DNA from: the human T2T-CHM13v2.0 reference genome, Homo sapiens
Length of the DNA: 64,000 nucleotides
Assembly (NCBI RefSeq): GCF_009914755.1
Contig: NC_060943.1
Strand: one strand, 5' to 3'
The position numbers and the translations under genes were made by a program. The notes under the pieces are model-generated. The model was not told the origin of the DNA, searched no databases, and saw only the letters and a list, made by a program, of their open reading frames with translations. Below are positions 24,674 through 40,521 of this stretch, one piece after another; positions within the stretch are counted from its first letter, which is position 1; each line of letters opens with the position of its first letter.

Positions 24674-24946
24674 TGATCTCGAACTCCTGACCTCATGGTC
24701 CACCCGCCCCGGCCAAAGTGCTGGGATTACAGGCGTGAGCCACCGCGCTCGGCCATCTCCTACTTTTCTATGCAAGGGTTTCTCATCATTGGCACGACTG
24801 ACATTCAGGACCTGGTATTTCTGTTAGAGGGAGTAGGGCATTCTATACTCTAACCACTAGATGTCAGTAGTATCCCGGGTAGTGGTAAAACCAAAGGCGT
24901 CTCCACAGGTGGCACAATTGTCCTTGTTAAGAATCAAAACGTGCCT

Positions 24947-25573
<627 letters not shown>

Positions 25574-25786
25574 TCAAGACCAGCCTGGGCAAACATAGGG
25601 AAACCCTGTCTCTATGAAAAATACAAAAATTAGACAGGCGCTGTGGCATGCACCTGTAGTCCCAGATACTTGGGGGGCTGAGGCAGGAGGATCACTTGAG
25701 CCCGGGAGATCGAGGCTGCAGTGAGCCGTGCACTGCAGCCTGGGTGACAGAGCAAGACTTGTCTCAAGAAAAAAAAAAAAAAAAAA

Positions 25787-28110
25787 GGCATGATACTGGC
25801 ATAAAAATAGAAACTAAAGGAACAGAACAGAGAGCCTGGGAATAAATCCAAACATATATGATGAACTAATTTTCAATAAGGGCACCAAGAGGACAAAATG
25901 GGAAAAGGATAGCCTCTTCCGTAAATGCTGCCAGGAAAACTAGATTTCCACATGCAAAAGAAGGAAATTTGACCCTTATCTTACGCCATACACAAAAATC
26001 AACTCAAAATGGATAAAAGACCAAATATATATATATATATTTTTTTGATATTACACCAAAAGATCAGACTACAAAAGCAAAAATTAGTAGACAAATGGGA
26101 CTACATCAAATTAAAAAGCTTCTACATAGCAAAGGAAACAATCAACAGAATGAATCGGCGATCCACGGACTGGGAAAAAATATTTGCAAACCACATATCT
26201 GATAAGGGGTTAATATCCAAAATTTATAAAGAACTCTTATAAATCAATAGCAGAAAAACAAATAACCTGATTTTAAAATGGGCAAAGGGTCTGAACAGAC
26301 GTTTTTCCAAAGAAGGCATAAAAAAGGCCAGCAGGTATATGAGAAGGTGCTCTACATCACTAATCATCAGGGAAATGCAAATTAAAACCACTGTGAGATA
26401 TCACCTCACATCCTTAAGGAGAACTATCATCAAAAAGATAGGAGAGGCCGGGCGCGGTGGTTCAAGCCGGTAATCCCAGCACTTTGGGAAGCCGTGGCGG
26501 GCGGATCACCTGAGGTCGGGAGTTCGAGACCAGCCTGACCAACATGGAGAAAGCCCGTCTCTACTAAAAAGACAAAATTAGTTGGGCGTGGTGGTGCATG
26601 CCTGTAAGCCCAGCTACTCGGGAGGCCGAGGCAGGAGAATCGCTTGATCCCGGGAGGCGGAGGTTGCGGTAGCTGAGATCTCACCATTGCCCCCCAGCCT
26701 GGGAAACAAGAACGAAACTCCATTGCAAAAAGAAAAAAAAAAAGGAAAAAAAAGATGAGAGATGAATGTTGGCGAGGGCATCAAGCAAAGTGAACCCTAG
26801 TACATTGTTGGTGGGAATGCAGACTGGTACAACCTTTGTGGAAAACAGTATTCAGGCTCTTAAAGAAATCTACAACAGAACTACTATATGACCCAGCAAT
26901 TCCTCTTTTGAATATATGCCTAAAAGAGATGAAATAATCACCTCATAACGATGTCTGCACTTTCATTTTCATTGTAGCATTATTTACAATATCCAAGTTA
27001 CGGAAACAACCTGAATGTCCATTGATGCTCACATGAATACGAAATACAAAATAGCAGCTATGTAGTCTGAATAATATTCTATCTCTTTTGTATTTATATA
27101 TGATGTCAACATTAATATCATATAATATTGATATATATTTCATATTATATTAAATATTAATATAATATGTTGTATATAAATATATACCTATTACATAATA
27201 GATATTCCCATTATGTTATATATCATGTAATATATTATATGTAATATATGTATATAATATACTATATGAAATACATATTATATATTATATGTATTATTAT
27301 ATGTATATATGCTATATATTATGGTGTATATATTATGTATTATGAAATATATATTACGTTATGTAATATAGATTATATATTATATATGAATATCTTATAT
27401 CCATATATATTCCATACATACATTTTATATGTGTGTGTATATATATATATACGCACCATGGTCCATCCCCTCAATAATATATTTTCCAAAACCTCAAATT
27501 TCCTTCTCTCTGTCTTTTATAATACCTGCCCTGGATAATACTAACCATCTGTCTCTCCTGCCTATATAATTCTGCCCCTACTGGTTACATGGGAAGCCTT
27601 GGTTTCCTAAAGTGTTGAGATTACAGGTGTGAGCCACTGTACCCAGCCTGATTCTGGAATTTTGTATATGCAGACTCCTCCTGCTAAAATAATATATATT
27701 ATATATAATATATATTCCATAATATATATAACATACATACATATATTATTTTAGCATATATTATATAATATACGGTAATAATACACATAATACATAATTA
27801 TAATAAATATGATATAATATATATTCCATTGTATAAAACATATAATATATATAACGGAATATTATTCAACCTTGAAATAGAAGGAGGTCCTGACATTTAT
27901 CACAAGATGGGTGGACCTGGAGGACATTACGCTAAGTGAAATAAGCCAGACACAAAAAGAAAAATATTGCATGACGTCACTTACATGAGGAACTTTTTTT
28001 AATCAAGAGAGACAGCTCAAATACACAGAAATAAAGAATGAGGCAGTTGGGGAAGAAAATGGGAAGATGTGGGTCAAAAAATACAAAATAGCAGATATGC
28101 AGGATGAACA
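25787..28110 (+). mobile_element. Old L1M ORF2 end/3'UTR, interrupted by an Alu and the AT-rich/insert block
   Basis: [47 protein letters not shown]; resumes at ~27855 (ggaatattattca...gctaagtgaaataagccagacac). Confidence 0.85.
27085..27855. repeat. AT-rich (TA)n-like low-complexity region interrupted by a ~240-bp insert
   Basis: Degenerate TA repeats on both sides of 27452-27690. Confidence 0.9.
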
Positions 28111-28469
28111 CCACACAGGTGATGGTGATTTTACGCCCTTCCCAAGGTGTCATTCAGAGGCACGTGGTCTCCATCTGACCCTCACTGGTGATATTGATTT
28201 GATCACCTGGTCCAGATGTTGTCCAATTTCTTCGCTGTACAATTTCTATTACTTTTTCTCCATTCCAACATACGAGCAGTTTATAGAGAGGCATTTAAGG
28301 CAATTCAAATATTCTGCTCGTCATGCAAATGTCCCCCAGTTGTGTCATGTAGATGACAATTCTTGCCTGATTCAACCTTTACCACTACGATGGCTACAAA
28401 ATGCTGTGGGTTGTGGTTGAAAATTTGAGTCTTGAGTAGAAATTGGAGAAATATGCTGGACCGTCAGAT

Positions 28470-29150
28470 TCCACCGGGGCACGGCCGCCATGCCAATCCA
28501 AACTTCAAAACTACAATTCCCAGCATCCTCTCCGCCCCGCTTCCGTATTAGACGCCGCCAATGAAGTCCCGCGAGAATTGGAAGGCGGCAGTGAAGCGGA
28601 AGCCATTACTCTCTGGAGTCGATTGCCCCGAGACACATGGGCCAAGGAGGGGTCAGCGGCGAATTCTTTCGGCCTGTTGGGGACCCCTCGTGTCCCCACG
28701 CCAGACTGGACCTCCCGTATGAACTTCTCTTCGCATCGGCGGCGGCTTCCGTCACCTCCGCTCCCCCGATCCTATTCCCAGTCGTGTAAGCCCTGCTTTC
28801 CTTAACCCTTCTCCCCCTCAGTTCCAGGGGTCACGGGAGGCCTATCTGGCGGTGAGGACTAAGAGGGTACGAGGGTCGGGGGCTAAAGAGCTAGGCATCC
28901 AGACGAGGGGTGCGTTTAGATCTCGCGATCAGCGATATGAAAAGCTGGGGACGCGAAGGATAAAATTGGACCATTGCAGCTAGTGATGAGAGAAGCATTG
29001 GTCACCTGATCCTGAAAAGCCCTAAGTCTCTGGTGGGGGCGGAAAAGCCCGGCTGAAGTGAATTCAAGAGTTTGGGGGCAGTTCAGGAGATTGGGGGGCG
29101 TCAGGATTTGGACATCGCGAGGAGAAATCACCTTCTTTCTGCGCTGTAGT
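28470..29150 (+). promoter_or_regulatory. ZNF317: CpG-island promoter of ZNF317
   Basis: Sharp CpG enrichment. ZNF143/THAP11-type motif ACTACAATTCCCAGCATCC (28510-28528), GC box CCGCCCC (28532), ETS cores CTTCCG (28540) and CGGAAG (28597), CCAAT (28493, 28558), YY1-like GCCGCCAT (28484), BANP-like TCCCGCGAGA (28567) and TCTCGCGAT (28921). Confidence 0.9.
28590..28785 (+). other. ZNF317: ZNF317 exon 1 (5'UTR; start approximate)
   Basis: Lies in the CpG island downstream of the motif cluster and ends at donor CGT|GTAAGC (28786). Confidence 0.7.
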
Positions 29151-32100
29151 CAATTTTATCTCGTGAATGTCAGCACATTGGTGTTCTTATTAGCACTTAC
29201 CTTGAGTACCTTTTATATTTTTAATTTAAGACCTTCTGGTTGCACTTTTTTATTTATTTTAATTTTAGTGGACTCTTGTAAATAGCCTATATGTATATTT
29301 ACTATTCAGTTCAACATTTTGTTAATTAACTTGAGTTAGTCCAGTTATACTTATCGTGATTATTAATATTTTCCATTGAATTTTACCGTCTTATTTTGTG
29401 GTGTGTCCTTTCCTATGCACATATTTTAACACTGGAAAATAGGACATACATGCAAAAAAAGTATGATTACACACACACGCAGACTTACACACACTTAAAA
29501 GGACAACAGTAAAGCGAATTTACAAACCAGGCCAAGAAAGAGATTATTAAATCTCAGAAAGCTGTGTGCCTCTTCTAAACTGCATCCTCCTCTCCCACCA
29601 ATACTGTCTCCGTGGATTTGACTGCGTATACATCTTTTCCAGAAAATATATTTCCTAAATTTTGGTAATTATTTGTGAATGAACTCAGGCGCTTCAGTAT
29701 TTTTGGAAACAATCTTTTTCTGTATTGATTCAAGCACACCTTTGTAATTTAGAGATTTCTAAATATCTTGTAGATGAAGTACTTACACCTAGCCATTCTT
29801 TTTCAGGAATGTCATGGCTTAAATTCTAGTCAGTTCACCAAATTCCACATACTGGACTTTTGTTTTCAAGTTGTGGTGAATCTATATTTGAACTTTGGGA
29901 ATATTGTCGTTTTTATGCCATTGAGTTGCAGTTAATTGATTTACATCATTTATTTACATCTTCTTTAATGCCTTTCAATAAAGTGTTTTTTGTTGTTGTT
30001 GTTGTTTTTTCCTTTTTGAGATGGAGTCTCACCCTTGTAGCCCAGACTGGAGTGCAATGACAATCTCGGCTCACTGCAACCTCTGTCTCCCTGGTTCAAG
30101 CGGTTCTCCTGCCTCAGCCTCCCGAGTAGCTGGGAATACAGGCACCCACCACCACACCCAGCTAAATTTTGTATTTTTAGTGGAGATGGGGTTTCAACAT
30201 GTTGGCCAGGCTGGTCTCGATCTCCTGACCTCAGGTGATCCACCGGCCTTGGCCTCCCAAAGTGCTGGGATTGCAGGAGAGAGCCACGATGTCCGGCTCA
30301 GTAAAGTTTTATAAGTACCTGCAAAAAGGATTTAGGTTGTTTTTGTTATATTTATTCTTGGGAACTTTGTTTTTTGGTGCTCAGAAAAGTCTAACTTTTG
30401 TGTAGTTTGTTGGATGTTCTTCGTAGACAAGGAAAATGTGTACAATTCAAAAGGAAAATACAAATATTTATTTTATACAGACGATAAATTGTCTTTTTTG
30501 TTTGTTTGTTTGTTTGTTTGTTTTTTGTGCTGGACTGGGTGGGGACTTCCCTTGTCATTGACTGGAGTTTGGATGGCACACTCTAGGCAAGCCTGTTTGT
30601 TTTCTGATCTTAAAGGGAATTGTCATTTGTGTCTGCCGAAGGCTTTTCTGTCGAATAGTTTTTATTAGGTCAAGGAAGCTCCCCTCTTTTCCTACTTGAG
30701 TTTTTCTTGTGAATTGCTGCAGGCTTTTAACAAGTGATTTTTTTTTTTTTTTTGCCATTATGTATCTGTTTATTGATACATTTTGTATCTGTTTGATACA
30801 AAATCTATATTGATAGTTTTGTATCTGTTTATTGATACATTTCTAGTACCTTAAATTATGGCACTCAGTACTGCTGTGTAACAAATTAATGAGTGAATAA
30901 TATAATTTTTTTTCTATCCTGTAGTGTGGCAAATTAAACCAATTGATTTTCTCTTGTTACATTGAATTTGTATTGGTAAATAATTTGGAAAGGACATGTT
31001 ACTATTTGTTACTTTTGGCTTCGGTTTGCTAATACTTTGTTTGGTGTTTTTGGATCTATGCTTGAGTGAAATGTTCCTTTTCTGTTTCAGATTTATGCCA
31101 GCCTCATAAAATGGGATGAGAAGTGTTCTGTTTTCTAAACTCTGGAATGTTTTGCATAAGAATAGAATATTTTGTTCCTTAGAACGGGAGTGGTACCTGG
31201 AAAAACCATTTGGGTCTGGAGTTTTCTTTGTGGAAAGTTTTAAAGCTATTGTTTCTGTTCTTTTAAGGTTTGTGGGGCATTCAGGTTTTCTGTGTTGTTA
31301 TGATGAGTAAAATTTCTTTAGGAATTTATTTATTCCATCTGAGGTTTAAATCGTATAGTCAGGGTTGTTCATAACATACTCAAATTTTTAATGCTTGCTG
31401 CATTTGTAATGTTATCCACTTTTTTATTTATAATAATTATATGTTGCTTTTTACAAAAATAAATTCCATCAGAATGTTGTCAGTTTTCTTCTTAAAGAAC
31501 TTCTGGCTTGATTGAACCACTTTATGATATATATGTTTTCTATTTTATAACTTTCTGATTGTTATCATTTTCTTCCTTTTTGGGATGTTTCTTTCCAGTT
31601 TCTTATGTTGAATGCCTGTCACATCCCAAAGAATTGCAGTATCATACTTTATTGTATTTTAATTATAAATATCAAATATCATGGCTTCTTTGGCATGCAG
31701 ATTTAGAATTTTTTTCTTTTAATTTTCATTTCTGTGACTTTTTTTCTGGTTATCTTTTGGTCATTGTTTGCCAACTGCATTGCTCTGTGGTCAAGCATTT
31801 TCTGAGACAAACATGGCCCCATGAGTGCTGTCTCATCATGTTCAATCTGCACATAGTTATTGAACTGCCTGCTTAAACTGGATTTGTGAGAGCTCTGGTG
31901 GTGGCTTCATCCATTTCTCCTTAGAATTCTGTCCCCCCTTTTTTTTTTTTAATTTTTGTGTTTTCCTTTTTTTTGAGGCTGTGTTTTATACACACAGGCA
32001 CACACACACACCTCTTTTTGGATTTATAACTTTTTATTATGTAATACTTCATTTTTCTCTATGAGCCTTTTTGCCTTAATCTATTCTGTCTGATACTAAC

Positions 32101-32214
32101 ATTCAAACCAGCTTTCTTTTTTTTTTTTTTTACTTGCCTTATATATCCTTTTATTTCCATTCTTATTGTACTCTTTTTTCTTTCTTTCTTTCTTTCTTTC
32201 TTTCTTTTTTTTGA

Positions 32215-32532
<318 letters not shown>

Positions 32533-33256
32533 TAGCATATAATTGGATTAATCTATTCTGTGAATATTAGTATTTTAGTTAAAGCATTTATTCTGTTAGC
32601 ATCTTCTGTATTAATATATTTGAATGTTACATTTGTCTTCTGTTTTTTCTCTAGCTTCTTTTGTGTATTTTTGTCATTCTCCTTTTTTATTTTCTGTACA
32701 TTTTGAATTTATTTACTCTATTATTTCAGTGGTTGTTCTAAATAATTCTTACCCATGCTCATTCACTAAATCTAGATTTGCATATGTTACTCTCCTGATT
32801 TACATGGTTTTCTTATGCATTTTCATTCTTTCTTTATTGATATATCATAGTTGCACATATTGAGTTCTTTTTTTAAACCTCAGAAGAAATTATTATTGCT
32901 ATTGCATACCATCATTTCTTGTTTCATTATACTCACATGTTTATCACTTTGAGCACTTTACTTGGTTCTTACACTTTTTGGTGTAATTCTTCCACTGTTT
33001 GCTTTGGTTCTTTAATTACTTCTTTCTCCCTGAGGTATGTCTTTGATGATGTCTCTTTTCTGTGGGTTGCAAGCCCACAGGAACTTTGTTTTTTGGTGCT
33101 CAGAAAACACCTCTTTCTCTCTTTCTCAGTGGACATTTTTGGTGGTAATAGAATTTTATATTTCAGAACTATGAAGATGTTCCATTATCTTCTGGCTTCC
33201 ACTGTTAATGATGAGAAGTCAGCTGTCAGTCTAATGTTTGTTTGTTTGTTTTCTGA

Positions 33257-33361
<105 letters not shown>

Positions 33362-33469
33362 TGAGTCGCTGGGATTACAGGCATGGGCCATGACACCCAG
33401 CTAATTTTTGTATTTTTAGTAAAGACAAGGTTTCACCATGTTGGCCAGGCAGCGGTTTTAGGAGCCTAG

Positions 33470-33628
<159 letters not shown>

Positions 33629-34638
33629 TAATGGAGAGATATTTACGGTGTGTTTTAACAAGACCTCCAGGTGACTCCCATGTAACTTAAAGTTTGAGAA
33701 CTATTGCTTAAAAGGTAACCTGTCTTTTTCTCCTCTGGCTGCTGTTCAGATATTCTTTTTACCGTTGGTATTATCTGGTTCATTGTGCTTAAGATTTTAT
33801 CTCTCTTCAATCTGTTTATATTTTCCTTCAAAATGAAAAATCTACAGCCACTATATTTTGCAGTGATTGCCTAGGCTCCTTCTCTGTCTCTCATCAGTAA
33901 CTCCAGTTAGAAATGGTTCAATTCCTTATCTTCTGCCCCCACGTGGTTCTTAGCTGTATTTATGTTCCTCAACTCTTTTTCTGTGCTTCCCTTGCATTTA
34001 TTGCTACAACTGGCTTTGAAACTTCAGCCTTCATAAAAATTTCATGTAGAGTTTATTAAAATACTGATTCATCAGCCCACCCCAAAGAGAATTGAACTGA
34101 GATATGATCTGGGTGTCAGAGTTACTTAAAGTGTTCCAGGGGACGCTTATGCAGCAGACTATATTTAAGAAACAAATTATTATTATTATTATTATTATTG
34201 GCTGTGTATAATCTAAAAGCTATTTACTTAGGGCTTTTGTTGTGGGTTTCCATTTTGCTTTTTTTTTAGCAATTGTAATTGCCCTTTAGAAATCATAAAT
34301 TTTTAATTTTCTGAATGTTAATTTCTTGCCAGCACATGAATTTGAAACCTATCATCTGTCTGTACTTTGTGTTGCATTTGAAATAGTTATGCATGGAAGG
34401 TTTAATTGGGGCACCTAGGTTGCTTGTTGGAAACAGAATTCCTACCCTGCTCCCCACCCCCTGGGACATCTCATCTAGCTGGTTGAAAGGAGGGTATATT
34501 GATTTACTAATGTAATGCATTTCTGGACCAAGAAAATGGCATATGATGTTCTCACAACCTTTGTTGCCTTCTCTGTCTCTCGCTATATATATATTGTATA
34601 TATTATTTATATACTTTTTTTCTTTTTTTTTTTTTTGA

Positions 34639-34932
<294 letters not shown>

Positions 34933-35489
34933 TGAATAACAGTGGTAGAAATGGTTCTAGCAAGGGCAGAAATACCAGTCAGTAAAAGTAACAAAATAAT
35001 TATTCTCTCTACAGTATTTACATCTGCAAATTCTGAATATCCTGGGATACTGTGATTAAGTTGAATATGGGGATAAAATCAAATATTGGGAGAATTATGG
35101 TCCTGAGAAAGCTCATAATGGAACAGTTTTGGGCAACATTTGTTTTGGACCACAAACTTGATGGAGGAGGCAGATCTTCTAAAACTGAGGAGCAGGGCTG
35201 GAGCAAGGGTGAGGTTTGTGAGTGCAGAGCCAGGGAGCCACTCGCTCTGAGCCAACCTTGTGCTTGTCTGACACCAGAAGTGCTTCCTTAAATACCACAC
35301 TCTTGTCTAGCAGCCTTGGTTGCCTCATCCCAGTCCTGGCCCTGGTGAGGAGAAAAACAGATCCCAATGAGAATAGAGTAAGATGTGTAGAAATAGAAAA
35401 ATAGAACTGCTTTCACCATGCTGTAAAGAAAATTAAAAGAGAAATTAAGCAACCCCAACAGCTCTGAAAAATTAACCTGTCCGTTCTAA

Positions 35490-35714
<225 letters not shown>

Positions 35715-35999
35715 TAGTAGAGATGGGGTTTCACCATTCACAGGATGGTCTCAATCTCCTGACCTCATGATCCGCCTGCCTCAGCCTCCCAAAGTGCTGG
35801 GATTACAGGCGTGAGCCACCACGCCCGGCTGATCCTGGTTTTGTTTCATGTATCATGTAGAAACGGGGCAGAACGTCTCTGAGTTCATAGATCCTACAGC
35901 TGTTCTAGACACCCTGCTCCACATCCTGCTGGGGTCGCTTAGATGCTGAAATCTTCCTGCTTTATTTGTATTCATGGCCACCAGTTCTTTGAGACTCTC

Positions 36000-36430
36000 T
36001 GATACAGTTTGGATGTGTATCCGCCCCCTCCCCCCCTCCAAATCTCATATGGAAATGTAATTCCCAATATTGGAGGTGGGGCCTGGTGGGGGGCGATTGG
36101 ATCAGGGGGGCAGATTTCTCATGAATGGCTTAGCACCATCCCCCTTGGCACTGTCCTCGTGATGGCGGGTGAGTTCTCCTGAGATCCGGTCATTTACACG
36201 TGTGTGGCACCTCCTCCCAACCCTGCTGTCTTGCTCCTGCTTCACCATATGCTTTGCCTGCTTCCCTTTTGCCTTCTGCTATGATTGGAAGCTTCCTGAG
36301 GCCTCCCCAGAAGCAGATAGCACTGTGCTTCCTGTAGAGCCTACAGAACTGTGAGCCAATTAAACCTCTTTTCTTATAAATTACCCAGTCTCAGGTATTT
36401 CTTTATAGCAGTGCGAGAATGGACTAATAC
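36000..36430 (+). mobile_element. MaLR solo LTR (MSTA/MSTB type) in ZNF317 intron 1
   Basis: Termini tgatacagtttggatgtgt...gccaattaaacctcttttcttataaattacccagtctcaggtatttctttatagca...ggactaataca. Confidence 0.88.
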
Positions 36431-37466
36431 ACCATCACCCAGCACTGACAACCCCTGAAAGTGATAGAATCACTCAGGTGAGAACTTGGCCAGAAGCTCC
36501 ACTCTGAGCTCTGGTTTGCATCGTTGCAAAACATCGACAAGGTTCCACAGACTGAATTGATGTGGGTGCGCTCTCTAAGCTCCAGCCCTCTGGACACTTT
36601 GTCCTTCATGGAGGGTGGTGGTGGATGTTGGCCCCAGGGTGTTGGGCTAAGCCATAGGGCTGTGTCCTAGTACCTGGATTACTGTTTAATTTCACAGGAC
36701 CTTCTGAGGAGATCCCAGACCCCCTACATTCCATAGGCCCCTCCTTTATGGTCTCCCAAGGTCTGGGTGGCTGTCTCAGTATGAAGGCAAATGTAGATCA
36801 GCTTGCTCATCATCCATTCATTCTTTCATTCCCTACTTATTGTCTTATTTATATCAGGCACTGGAATGGTGAATGAAATATCATCAAAGTAAAAAGTCTC
36901 TACTCACCTGGAATGTATTTTCTAGTTGGGCATACAGGAAATCAAAACAAGTAAACTACATAGTGTGCATGGAGGAGACAGCAGAGAGATAATAATGCTT
37001 ACCCGGTGTTCTGTGTCCTGTCCTACATTTCCCAGGATCCTTGGAGCTGGCAGGGGCATGTGACTAGTTCTGGCCAATGGGCTGCAAGTGCTTCAGGGTC
37101 AAAATATAGACGACAGAATGCATAGTTGTCCAGCTTCCTGCTCATCATCTATGACCAACATGGCCAAGGGTATCAGTTGGTTCAGAGACAAGTGGCATCC
37201 TTGAACAACAGGAAAACTTTTGACATCAGCCTGGGTTGAACAAGTGACATGAGCAAGGCGTAAACTTTCCATTTTATTGAGTCATTGAGATTTGGGTTTG
37301 TCTGTTTTTGCAGTAAAAAATAGAGCCTAATCTTACACAGAACATTACTTGGAAATTAGTGCTTTAGGGAAAAAGAAAAGGAGTGGAGAATTGGGATTGA
37401 AAGAAGCAGGGGTTTGCATTTTAAAAAGTGGCCAAGGCGGGTGGATCAGCTGAGGTCAGGAGCTCA

Positions 37467-37700
<234 letters not shown>

Positions 37701-40083
37701 TCAGGACAGGTAAAGTTGAATAAAGATCTGAAGGATGAGAGGGGGCCAGGCACACTGAGAATGTGGGGGAAACATTTCAAGCAGAGGAGCAGCAGGTGCA
37801 CAGACCCTGAGGTGGGAGCATGGCTGGCGGGGCCTGATGCACAGCAGTGAGGCTTCTGTGGCTTGGGTGAGGGACCAGTGGCAGAGCGAGTTGTGGGTGA
37901 GGCGGCAGGGACCTGGGCCCTTGGTCTGAGTGAGATGGGACACCATCAGAGGATCTTGAACAGAGGAGCGGTGTGATCTTCATTTTACCCATAAAGTTAC
38001 GGCTGTCATGGAAGCTAAGGGAAGTCAGGGACAGCAGCTGGGAGACCAGTTAGGAAGCAGTTGGAATGTTCTAGAAGAGAAGCGATGCCTTATGCCAAGG
38101 CAGTAGCAGTGTAGGTGGTGAGAAGCAACCAGATTTTTGTATTAAGTTTTAAAGTTAAGGCTGGCAGGATTTGCTGGTGATGCAGGTGTGGTTTATGGAA
38201 AAGAAAGAGGAGAGTTGAAGGTGATGACGAGCAAGGCTTTTGACTTGAGCCCCTGGGAGGCTGGAGCTGCCATCAACGTGGGGAGGCTGGTGGCAGCACA
38301 GTTGTAGGTGTTTAATGTGGGATCCTGTTGGCTGTTGCAGTAGGGATACTAAGTAGCCACCTGGCTGCCACTCACTCTGAGTCATTCTGGGTGGGGCAGG
38401 TGCCAGGGAGCGGAGAGTGGCACCCACTATAAATGAACAATTCTGTTAAGTAATTGTGAAATCGTCAGTGGTCATTTTATTTTAATGATAATGGCATTTT
38501 AGAGTGAATGTTTGTTTACTGAGCCTATAGAGTTCCATACATAACCCAGTGTTAAAGTCTTCAGTTTCCAGATGAGAAAACTGAGTTTTGATGAACTGAC
38601 TCTTGGGAGGGGAATGAGCAGAACTGTGGGCTTGCATTAAAGGGGAGTCTACTGAGGCCTCAGGGACAGGGAGACCTTCACAGAAGTGCAATCAGAACCT
38701 GGGTGTCAGCACCTCCAAATGGTGGGGGTGTTTCACAATGTGGACCTGTGGGAGATGGGGGAGAGGGGCCCAGGGGAACCCTGACCTTTAGGGGCTGGGC
38801 AGAGGAGGGATCTCAAGCCAGAGTCTTCAAAAGAGCAACCAGAGATGTGAGCACAGACTGGGATGAGTGGGCTATGGCTGCAAGAGCAGTGGCATTCCCA
38901 GGAAGAGGGAGATAGATTCATAGTGAGCAAGATGATGTGTCAGGAGGTCAGGCAAAGGAAGGGTCAAGATGTAGTGTCAAGGAGTTCCCACATAGGGGAC
39001 AGTACAGGTGACATAGGTCACTTTGAGAGGCAACAAGATGTGGCTCCGCAGTCACGTCAGCTGGGCTCACAACTTCCACCTATGACCTTGACCAAGTGTC
39101 TCGGACCCTTGGTGCCTTATTCTCTGGGTACTTGAGAATAATTCCGGGAGGTTGTGAGGATTAAATAGGAGTGGCCCTGGAAAGACTCAGGAGAATGTCT
39201 CATACCTTGTAAACACTACACATGTCGTTATTTGTAGAATTGGCATTAATGTTGGTGGGGAAAGGTGGAATGGGACCTGCAGAAGCTTGTTAGTTGAGCA
39301 TGAATGAATGAATGGTAGGTGAGGATGGAGATACTGTGCCTCAGGAACTGAGCCTCTGTCACCCTCTCTCCCCTTCCTCAGCAGTGACTTAATGTCAGAA
39401 CCCAAAGGCACAATGACTAGAAAAGGGCTTTGTAAAAAGAATGAAAGCGTCATGCATCTTTGAGTTGGCCCAAGATCAAATTTGGTGTTGAATAATGAAT
39501 CCCCAAGGCAGAGTTTATACGTTAAAACACACTTCCTATATTATTGTTTTGAAATGTTTCTGAATATCTAAAACAATTCCAATAGCAGAAATACTAATTG
39601 ATGTTGAAAAAGATTGTTATAACCCTGGTAATGTTTAAAAGTGGTAATATTGATTATTGATCTGAGTCAGATGTTAAAGTAGCAGCGTCACGGTTCTTAC
39701 ATCAGTGCTGTCATGAGAGTCGCGGTGGAAGCCAGAGAGAGGAGGCATGTTCATACAAAGCAAATTAAATCCCCTCCCGAGGTGTGGGCCACCATACCTC
39801 ACCAATGTATTGTGGTTTTGATGTTATTTCCTTAATGACTGATGTTGTTAATCATCTTTTCATGTGTTTACAGTTCATTTCTGTAAATTTGGAGAAATGT
39901 CTGTTCTGTTCAAGTCTCCTGCCCACTTTTTTACTGGGTTGTCTTTGTTGTTGAGTTTATAATGATATTAAATCCCTATCACATACATGATTTGCAAATA
40001 TTTTCCACCATTCTGTGTCTCATTCACTTTCTTGATAATGTCCTTGATGTTAATTCTAAATGTTTGGTAGGGTTCACCAGTGA

Positions 40084-40305
<222 letters not shown>

Positions 40306-40521
40306 TAGCCAGGATGGTCTCGATCTCCTGACCTCCTGATCCACCCGCCTCGGCCTCCCAAAATGCTGGGATTACAGGCGTGAGCCACCGTGCCCAGCTG
40401 GTCCTGGACTTTTTATTTAATGGCTTTTGATGACTGCCTCAGTCTCTTGTTATAGGTCTCTCAATTTTCTTTTTCTTCTAGAGCCTGTTTGGGTATGTTT
40501 CAAGGAATTTGATACATCTAG

